54,753 nucleotides of DNA. Source: Nemertoderma westbladi (Eukaryota > Animalia > Xenacoelomorpha). Positions within the stretch are counted from its first letter, which is position 1. Each line of letters starts with the position of its first letter. The notes beneath the pieces are model-generated. The model made no database searches and was not told the origin of the DNA. It saw only the letters and a program-made list of their open reading frames with translations. Shown one piece after another: positions 45,398 through 54,753 of the stretch. Made by a program: the position numbers and the translations under genes. The DNA lies in assembly GCA_032718475.1 (NCBI GenBank), contig JAUCBJ010001630.1:1-54753 (forward strand), given 5' to 3'.

Positions 45398-45584
45398 TTA
45401 TTATTATTATTAAGATATATCAACAATACAATATAATATAATATAATATAAATATCAATAAACCATCACCATTACTATGTATATATGTAACAATTCACAA
45501 AAAAACAGCATTTTACAACAAAAAGTATGTACAACTGTAGTATTAGTATATTTATCATGGCAATCTTTCGTTCTATTTATTACC

Positions 45585-46286
45585 TTATTTGAAAAGATTG
45601 TGTAATCGTATACCTGCAATCAACAGACATTGTTTTCGATTTAAATAATGTCCATACCAAGTGAGATAGTGGTGACATCGTATAAATTCGTTATACTTCT
45701 TAGTTTGACATTTACGTTCTATACCACGTCTGTAGCATTTAGTACTGGAAATATGACTTAGAGTATGCTCCGTCAAAGTGCGAATTACTCTCATACACAA
45801 ATCATTGCAAAGAATACCTTCATCAAGTTTCAAATAATACTTTTTTGGTTTTATACCTCTTGAAGATGATTCATCTTTATATGTCTTAAAGTAAATATCA
45901 AAACTACGTAAATTCTTATTTAATTTTACTGTGATATTTTTATGTTCTTCATCAAACAACCAAGGTACCATAAAGCCGCCTTTTTTCACTATATATCGAT
46001 AAAAAATATTCTGTGATATTGTAAATAACTCGTTAGGTTCGTTACTTTTTCCTGAAATGTAAATAGAATTCCGCAGCTCTTTCCAATAATATGGATTATA
46101 TAACTTGTTTACTCTGCAAAGTGTCTGTACTCTACAAATTGGACAAATTTTAGTACAATCATTAATTTCAACATGTTGATCAATACATGTCACGCAAGTT
46201 CCATGTTTATTAACACATATGTAACAATCAAGATGTTTTAAATTAGAATAACAAATACTACAATTTGTGTTTATTAATATATCCAT
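45585..46286 (-). CDS. RING-finger (C3HC4-like) accessory protein, putative E3 ligase
   Basis: CSIC-x11-C-x3-H-x2-C-x2-C-x13-CPICR at the N-terminus. Confidence 0.75.
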   Translation of the reverse strand: MDILINTNCSICYSNLKHLDCYICVNKHGTCVTCIDQHVEINDCTKICPICRVQTLCRVNKLYNPYYWKELRNSIYISGKSNEPNELFTISQNIFYRYIVKKGGFMVPWLFDEEHKNITVKLNKNLRSFDIYFKTYKDESSSRGIKPKKYYLKLDEGILCNDLCMRVIRTLTEHTLSHISSTKCYRRGIERKCQTKKYNEFIRCHHYLTWYGHYLNRKQCLLIAGIRLHNLFK

Positions 46287-46353
46287 TTTTCTTAAATAAC
46301 CAAACCAAAATCGTTAAAATGTTGATAAAATATTTATAATATAGCTGAAAGAG

Positions 46354-46780
46354 TCAAGAATCATCTTCATTGTCATCGGTTTCATCAGTGGTTACAAGGG
46401 TTTCTTTCGAAATAATAACAATAAACAAAGCCATAATTTCATAAGCATTTTTACGATCTAATTTGATCTCAAACTTTTCACATTTATTGCTCGCTATATT
46501 ACCACTATATTGAGTAATAACAATAAAGTTATCTGACATTGATAAAATTGTGAATTTATCTAAATCATCTTCTTCTTTGTAATCTAAAAGGTAATTAGTA
46601 GAATCTACCTCACCGAAAATATCAATAGATTGCAGTTCTTCTCTTGCTTGTTCAGAAATGTCTACTTTAAAATTAGGTTTTGAAGGACAATAAATAGTGT
46701 TACCAATAACAATACAAGTAAGATTGTCTACAGTATTAAATGTATGTCTTATTACAGGCGCAGGTGTATCAGAAGACATT
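46354..46780 (-). CDS. Hypothetical acidic Maverick accessory protein
   Basis: Open frame from MSSDTPAP; co-oriented with the viral cluster; no motif recognised. Confidence 0.5.
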
Positions 46781-46877
46781 ATTATTATTATTATTATTAT
46801 TTTATGTAATAACAATTAAATAACAGCGACAAGACAGATAAATAAATATTAATGATATTTTTTTCTATTCTATTCAT

Positions 46878-46945
46878 ATATTTATATAGATCATGTTATA
46901 TATACAACCAATCAAATAAGAACACGTGTCACATGTAACCAATAG
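46878..46945 (-). promoter_or_regulatory. TATA box (TATATAAATA) with two upstream CCAAT boxes at the head of the minus-strand Maverick cluster
   Basis: TATA at ~46878-46888; CCAAT at ~46908 and ~46939. Confidence 0.4.
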
Positions 46946-47659
46946 AAAGTAAATAATAACAGTAAATGAAGCAAAATAGGTCAGGCTACAGTATAACTCC
47001 GATATTTATCGCCTTTTTCTCTCGAGGTTGGATGGAAGAGTGAGTGGTGAATTGTGAGGAGTTATAACAGTCCCGAGTTCGAACCCAGTTGAATATTTTG
47101 TTATCTGAAAAATTGCGAAATTAAATTTAGTTACTGGTGAAAAATAGTAGAAGTTACCTGTAGACACCTCTAGCGCCTGTAAAATAAAGGTTGGTGAATA
47201 TGGAAATACTGGTTGGTGAAAAATTGCGATTTGAAAAATAGTAGAAGTTACCTGATGCTAAGTGTAGACACCCGAGCACCTGTAAAATAAAGGTTGGTGA
47301 TTGGATGGAGTACTAGCGTTGGGTGACTAATAACGCCTCTAGCAGAAGATGCGGGAACTTGAGAAGTTGCCATGGTTACGGTTGAAATGCTGGCATCTGA
47401 TTGGATGAAATAATAACGACCACTGGTAAAGGTTGAAATGTTGGCTTCTGATTGGATGGGGTACTAAAATTGGACGGTAATGCTGGGCTATGGGTGACCA
47501 TGGCGCCGTGTCATACAATTGTATACTACTACCGTGGCGAAGAGTTTGTCTCTGAAATGGGGAACCATCGAAGGATGAATAATGGTTTTGGAATAGAGAT
47601 CAGTCATAAGGATTTGAGCTTCTGGCTGGGCTAAAGCTGCTTCTTCTCTCTCGCCCATT

Positions 47660-48745
47660 TTGATGTGCTTCTCCTCAAGCTGATTTTCCTCCGCTTGTCG
47701 TTGGAAGCATTCGTCCAAAAACTCTTGCAGAGAGTAGGTTCATCCGAGTTCGATATCTTCTTCGAGATTCTGGATTTCCCGATCGAACTGTGGTAAAGCT
47801 AATTCTTTTACCGCTTGGACTTGCTGCTGCAATTTACGTTTATCTAAACAATCGTAGGTTCCTTTTCCGAACTTTTGTCGAATAGCGTCTAATGCGTTTC
47901 GTACAACGCTCTCCTCCACCTCGGTGACGGGTTGTATCGGGGTTAAACCGGGACGATTATACGGGTTGAACGGCGATATTAAATGTCTGCGTCCCAATCC
48001 GGCTAGGTAGGATGGGCGAATATCTAGAGAGCCCACTACCGGAGTGCCACCGACTAATTGTTCGGGTAACACTAGATCTTTGAACAATGAGTACAGTTCA
48101 GGAGGATCCGTCATACTATTAGGATGAAGAGTCTGAGGTCTCACCTGGGAATGAGGAGGTCTGACCGAGTATTCCGGAACTCTGATCATCGGTTTATTTA
48201 AGGATCGTTTGAGTCGAGCGAGCGCGGGTGATACGTCGAACAAGTTTCGCTCGAAACTCCCGTAAGTATAGCGAGTAAACTGTGTTTAGCACAACGTCTC
48301 CGCGGATGTTTATGTCTTTCCGTTTGTTGGTTGGGCCTAGGGCATTCATCGCAATAATACCAAAGACGCACGTCTTGTAGGGGAAACGCTGGTGCTCTTT
48401 CTCCAGTTTTACAATATTCCTCCATCTGTTCGAATCTATCCGGTACAACAGGTAGCGGTCGATCGGCGGTGAGATACATCATAGTAAAATAGAGTCATTT
48501 GAGTTCGATCATAGGGTTATGATGTATACCTTGAGGATATCGCGTTTCTAGATTTTGTTGACTGGCAACATTGAGATATGTTTCTCTCAAGAATTCCAAA
48601 TATTCGTTGAAGTCACTGCGTTTTTCCGGTTGTTCAACGTCTTCTCTTTCGAGTTGGTTTCGAATAGAATTCTCATGTTCGATTCTCAGTTTATCGTTCC
48701 GACTCCGCTGGGTATGATATTTAAATAGGATCATTTCCCTTTCGG
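47660..48745 (-). pseudogene. Decayed env-position ORF of BEL copy 2
   Basis: Fragments 48495-48770, 48194-48482 and 47740-48243 homologous to 7330-8445. Confidence 0.65.
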
Positions 48746-49659
48746 TGAGTAGATGAATACAACAGAGCATGTCTGGGGACTAGGATCCTTAATTCTAGGA
48801 AATTTGTCCTTTTAAGAGTATCGGTAAGTGCTACGATATCTTAATCGACTAGAATTTTAAAGGATCTGAATTTTAACAGATTTTGGATTTCTAGATTTTC
48901 TTGGTTTACAAACTCCTTAGAGTTTATTTGTCTGCATTTACTCTATTATAACATTTGTTTTAATAGATTTTTGTAAATATTAAATAGTTAATATTTAAGA
49001 TGGGCACAGATTTATTCCAGAACTTGTCTGGGGACGTTAACTACTGATTCTAGAATTTTGTCTTTCAAGTATATTGGTGGGTGCCGCGATATCTTAATCG
49101 ACTAGAATTACAGATGGTCAAAGGGTTTAACAGATTTATTTTGCGTTTTACGCTACTGTTAAAGGGACATCACGCTACTATATGTATTATTTAATATACG
49201 GTATGAGAGCAATATTGCAAGGAGCAATGTCAGTGAGAAGAGGCAAGTCGTTTCCAAGGTCTACCCAGAGCTTGGTTTAGCCGAGACACGAGGATCTCAA
49301 CTTTGCATTCCTAATACTCTACTTACCAATAATACTTGAGTATAGTAGGAGCTTTATTGTACTTTAATAAGTACGGACATTTCATCTTACTGTAGTCACG
49401 TATTTTTAATATGATACGGACAGTAAGGAAAGAGAAAATAATTATTTCTCGCCGTTACACTAAATATAATGATAAGTAATTAAGTAATAAACACGAATAT
49501 ATATTGCACTAATCTACTAAATAATCGCTAAAATAACATTCTACTAAATAAAATTAAAGAAAACGATTATAATAAAATTACATAATAATACATACATAAA
49601 TATAAAAATAATAAAAACAGATATAAAATAATGTAGTCACACACCCACTCCAGAAGCTG

Positions 49660-52600
49660 TTACGTTGGGGAGTCCCTAGATGTTCGTTGGATTAGGGAGT
49701 TGGTTGTGGGAAGAGTATCTTGCCTTCCATAGTTTCCGGATAGCTCTCTGTCTCTTTTCAGTAAACATAAACGACCAACTGGGCGATTGAGTTGCTGTGT
49801 TTCGAATACAATTCCAGGTTTCTTAAAGTTACGTCGCATGACGACGAGTTCTACCGATCGCACTAAACCATCATCGGATATATGAGTCTCGATGATACGA
49901 CCTGTCTGCCACCGCTTACGTGGAAGATCTGATTCCACAATAAGGACCATGTCTCCGGCGCTGACGTTTTCTTGCTGCGCAAACCACTTGGTTCAAAGTT
50001 GTAGCGTAGGCAGATAGTGTTTTTCGAAATGGTCAGCGAAACGACGGGATAATAACTGCATGAGGTGCCAAGTTTGTCGGCAGTATTCGTCTCCATCCGT
50101 GATTTCCGATTGTGGGAGCATGGCTACAGGTTTCTTCAGTAGGAAATGCGCGGGTGTTAGCGCTTCTAGGGAGTCGGGACTCGATGAGACTGGCATAAGC
50201 GGTCTCTCGTTAAGATAGGCGGCGATTTCTTCCATTAACGTCCGCAAAAGTTCGTCGGTGAGATATGCGCGGAACGGCACTATAAAGTGAAATGCGGTCT
50301 TCACGCTCCGTATTAATCTCTCCCAACTTCCTCCCCACCAAGGGGCGTTGGCGGCGTTGAAGGTCCAGCTAGATGCTGTTACCCTTAGCTGATCGTCCAC
50401 CTGGCTTTGGTTCAAATCTTTAACGTAAGCTTTGATCCCATTATTGGCGTCAATAAAGTTCGTTCCCTTATCAGATCTCATCGTGTTGCTAGTTCCAAAG
50501 CAAACGATCTGTCGGCGTAAACTCAGTATGAAGCTGTTGGTAGATAGATCGTTCACCATATCTAGATGGATCGCTCTACAAGTCATACAGACAAAGATGA
50601 CACACCATCGCTTGACTATAGTCCTAGCACGATATACTTCAATAGGGCCAAATAAATCCACACCCGTATTAGTAAAAGGGGGTTCATAGAAGCTTACTCG
50701 TTCCCTAGGTAATTCTGCCTCTCGCTGTGTTAAAGGCCTACTGAATGCTTTCCTACAGGGTATACAGTACCTAAGAACTTGGTTCAGAGCTCTACGGGGG
50801 TTATGGAAATAATAGCGAGTTCGAATTTCGCTAAGAACTCGTTCTCTACCAGCATGGTAAAGCCTACTGTGAACATCTACAATCATCTTGATTTGTATTT
50901 CAAGATTTCTAATGAGTATGGGATTAGTTAGTCTCCCTCCAACACTTATTAACCCATCTATCATTGTGCTAGAGAAACGATCCCTTAAGCGCATCTGTGG
51001 ATTTCTCAACAACAGGAAATACTTATCGGAATCTTCATAGCATTGCAGGAGTCTCAGTATCTGCTTATTGGTTTCTTCATGCTCTTGATAGCTGATCTTC
51101 TCCGTCAGAAACCTATCCGACACTTTATATTTGGGAAGATCTTTAATAGCATGGACCTGCTCGGATGTCAGTGGAGCAGTATCACTAGCGATCTTCGTCC
51201 TGGAGTAGTGATAATGGAAGCATCGCTTCAAATACACGACGGCCTTACAAAGCCGATTCCAGGAGCTATAGTGATTTATCGCTCTCTGCAGGAGAGGTGA
51301 GAGTCCCTGCGAGACGTCTGGTGTTCCAGATTTCCAGTCTCTTTCTCTGATGTCTATAACAGATTTATTTGTGGCGGGGGAGTTTAGATCCACAGCGTCG
51401 TCCCCAGAGATGTGTAGTACAGACAGACCTATCATGGGTTTAAATAACTTTGATTTACTCGTCCGGGTTTTAGGTTTGACTTTCTCCGCTCCCTTGGCTT
51501 GTCTAATCTCAGCTGTGGTGAGATGAGGAGGCCATTCATCCTCTTCTTTACTTAGGAAGTCGGGTCCACCTAACCAGTCTGGAGTATCTATCAGTTCTTG
51601 AGGAGTTGCTCCTCTGGAGGCGATGTCGGCTGGATTAATCGTCCCAGGGCAATGTCTCCATTGATCTACAGTAGAGCGACTAAGTATAATGGCTACTCTG
51701 TTGGTAACAAAGACGCTGAACTGACAGACTTCATTGGTTATGTACTCCAAAACGAGTAAAGCATCGGTCCAATAGACAGTTTTCTCCAGTGGATAGTCGA
51801 TCTGTTCTGTTACATTCCGGCCGATGGCTGTAGTGTATAGAGCCGCCTTTAACTCCGCTCGAGGAACTCGTAGTTTGTTGTTTATCAAGGCCTTAGAGGT
51901 AACCAAGGCAACTTTAATTCCATCAGGAGTTTCAACACTTAGGTAGGCTACTATACCTATTCCCATATCGCTGGCGTCTCCAAACACATGTAGTTGATAG
52001 GAATACGTGGGGAGAACGTGACCAAAATATGAACGGGAAATCGTAAAGTTCTCGATGGATGGTAGAGAATCTTCCCATTTCATCCACTTCTTTAGTAGTT
52101 CTCCCTTAAGTGGATCCTCCCACGAGTGGTTTTCAAGCCACATTTGTTGCACTAAGCTCCGAGCAACCAATATAACTGGGCTAATAAATAAGTCGAAATA
52201 AGTGCTCAGGATACTTAGACAAATCCGTTTAGTTCGAACTGGATTATCTCGCTGTTTTAGCTGGAAAAACAATATATCTCTCTCCGTGTCCCATTTCAAA
52301 CCAAGCGTCTTGGTTTCCGGAAGATCGTCCTTGATAAGGTCCAGATCTTTAACACCTCGGTCTTCTACCGGGATCGATTCCAGAAACTCACGGGAGTTAC
52401 TAGTGAATTTGGTTAGTCGAAATCCACCGCGTTTCAAGCACTCTACCGTTCCCTTGGCAACATCAATGGCTTCTTCCACCGATGGGAGGGACTTTAAATT
52501 GTTGTCCATGTATATATCCCGTTTGATGTTGTCGATAACCGCTTTAGAGAAGGCGTCTCGGTTGTCATCAGCAGTGGTACGCACTACTGAACAAGCGTTC

Positions 52601-54753
52601 GAGGGGCTCGAGATGATCCCGAAAGCCTGGATGGTCATCCAGTACTCCACCAGTTTTAGGTTGAGATCTCCTTCAGGCCACCACAGAAGTCGTAGGCTGT
52701 CTCGATCCCTATCCAGCGCCTTGACTTGTAAGAACATGCCTTCTATATCCGAAGCGAAAGCGATAGAATATTGCCGTAATCTTAATAGTATTCCCAACAA
52801 GGATTGGAGTAAGTTGGGTCCCGGCAACAATTCGGAGTTCAGGGATTGGCCCATGTAAAGGGCGGAGCCGTCGAACACTACCCGGACTTCGTTGGGTTTA
52901 CCGGGTTTGGGAACGTAGTGATGTGTTAGATAATACGTTCTCTCTGTGATGGGTGTTTCTTCCGGTACTCGCTCCGCGTATCCCTTATCGATAAATTTCT
53001 TCAGCTGGGTCTTATACATCTCTTTAGCTGAAGCATTGGCCGTAAGACGCCGATGTAGTTGCGCGATTCTCTTCTCCGCTAAGGGTCGGTTATTTATAAA
53101 GTTGGGTTCTCGCCGTCGGAACGGAAGACCAATCTCATAGCGACCTTGATCTTTAAGAAAACGGGTAGTCGTTTCCTGAATCTGCTTGGCTCTCTCCTCC
53201 TCGACGGACAAGGCCTTGTCGTAGGAATTGGGCTCTACGGCTTCTTGAGTAAAGAATCGTACGGCGTGTTCATCGCGAATCTTATTGTTGTATCGATCTA
53301 TCACCTCGTTTAATTCATCGTTGTAGTTGAATTGTCCGCCATGATTGATGAGATGGCACAGGTTTACTTGGTTTCGCCAAGTTTCATTTTCGGTGAGGAG
53401 ATCGATTGTATTTTCCTCGTCGAATAATTGGTTAATATCGTCATTATCTGAGGAGTATGGGGTTCCCTCAGTTGTGGTTTCTCCTTCACTAATTTCTTCT
53501 TCCCATTCACTCACTTGATGTATCCTTTCTGGAGGAAGTCTTTCCATCAGTGTTCTACGGAAGATCAAGTGAAGTACCAACCTACTCTCATTCTTCCCGC
53601 ATATGTTTGTAATGGTTGCAGTCGAGCAGGCCGTTTTTCTAATGTCTCTAGCGCCTCGTGCGCATTTTGGCCGATCAGTATCTGTACCCCTGGGTAGTCG
53701 GTGTTGAATCTAGGGATATCATGCTGCTGGGTAAAATGGTCTTCATCCCAGTTGTAAGGTTCCACTTGGCTGGTAGCAAAGTTCTTTATCGCCACCATTT
53801 TTACTGACCTTATGCTATGTTCTCCTATTTCATCCTGGGGAGTGGACAACGCGCCTACATAGTAATCTGTAGCTACTGTGGATTTCCAAACCTGCATAAT
53901 TCCTGAAAGGTTCAACTTAGTTTGGAACTTGGGTTATCCAGCAAAGATGTCTTCGGCTAGTTCTTTGTCGATGAATGTACCTGTGCTGCCGGAGTCAAGG
54001 AGGGCGTTTACTATAAAACTCTTACCTAGCCCGTGGACTCTCAGCTGCACTACTGGGAATTCCCGAATTCCGACGTTGGAAGTTGGCGCTTTCCAAGATG
54101 GTTGTCGGTCCGGAATAGTCGGTTGCGCTTCGTTAGCGGTTTCAGTCTCATACGTAAGCGCTCGATACACTGCGGTGTTTATCATATAACAGGATTCGTT
54201 TTCGTCGGAGAATTCGTCCGTGTAGAATCCTTCCATCTCTGAGCTGTGGTCAGGTCGTTCACATCACTGAATTGGACATGTAGTTCGGACTCACTTACCT
54301 GACTCGTGCAGGTTCTTTCAAATTCTGTGTGCAGCAAGATATGATGTTTCGCGCCGCACTTAGCACACCTCGCGTCGGAGTAACAGGTCCGCCATTGGTG
54401 TCCTTGTCTGAGACAATTATAACACAACCGCTTATCCCACATGACATCATGTCTATCCTTTAGGGATTTCTTCAAGAATTCATCACATCCACTCAAACGA
54501 TGGGGCCCGTCGCACAATGCACATTTGGGTTTGATGTTACTTACTTTACCCTGGGTTGTGTTGTGCACACGTGTTCTTTCCTCGGGCTTTCTTCCAGGAA
54601 TTCTCTTAGGAGACGTAGGAGGAGTTGTTGTTACCTGTTCTCTCCTGTCACTGGTTCGAGGCTTAAATTTACTTATGTCCTTACGTGTTTTGTTGACATA
54701 ATAAGATCTTTCGGTGTCTTTCCCGCTGTTCTCCTCGTGGGAGGTCTGGCTTT
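49660..54753 (-). pseudogene. gag-pol: BEL gag-pol pseudogene including integrase
   Basis: RT with YMDN, RNase H, HHCC (HSRLYHAG...CIPC), GVDLFGP / SDKGTNF / WERLIRSVK; TGA at 49993; frameshifts near 53575, 53930 and 54240. Confidence 0.92.

Larger units (their letters stand above)
31940..46950. mobile_element. Partly decayed Maverick/Polinton (adintovirus-like endogenous virus) core; termini not resolved
   Basis: Clustered pPolB, adenain, major capsid, pentons, rve integrase and A32/FtsK-like ATPase in dense intronless AT-rich ORFs. Confidence 0.92.
47660..54753 (-). mobile_element. Second, older BEL/Pao copy of the same family; runs off the window edge, no 3' LTR seen
   Basis: Colinear with 7370-14910, with many synonymous differences, frameshifts and a deletion of the region matching ~8445-10695. 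Confidence 0.92.

Noticed and set aside
46950-47650. Right TIR of the Maverick core or 3' LTR of BEL copy 2
   Set aside because: Has short repeats and CCAAT motifs but no ACTACT end and no match to the termini or LTRs in the window; left unassigned

Overview
An AT-rich animal-like (probably invertebrate) window made almost entirely of nested mobile DNA. (1) A young full-length BEL/Pao LTR retrotransposon (5959-21342, minus strand, ~1.17-kb near-identical LTRs, CTATG target-site duplication). It has lost its integrase by an in-frame deletion, carries a decayed extra ORF in the env position, and has no tRNA primer site; instead an 11-nt sequence at the PBS position is complementary to its own LTR, as in Tf1-type self-priming. 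(2) A 4.7-kb non-autonomous Maverick/Polinton derivative (23907-28645) with AGTAGT ends, a 6-bp TSD and 1.6-kb inverted arms carrying a zinc-finger/acidic ORF, which looks like a copy-back defective genome. (3) A partly decayed Maverick/Polinton (adintovirus-like) core (~31.9-46.9 kb): pPolB remnant, TBP-like gene, DEDD/MAEL-like nuclease, adenain, major capsid, two pentons, core proteins, integrase, packaging ATPase, RING protein. (4) A second, degraded BEL copy running off the right edge, plus Gypsy and RTE-like LINE fragments, a tRNA-derived SINE, several TIR MITEs and two satellite families. All calls come from reading motifs by eye; no searches or alignments were run.
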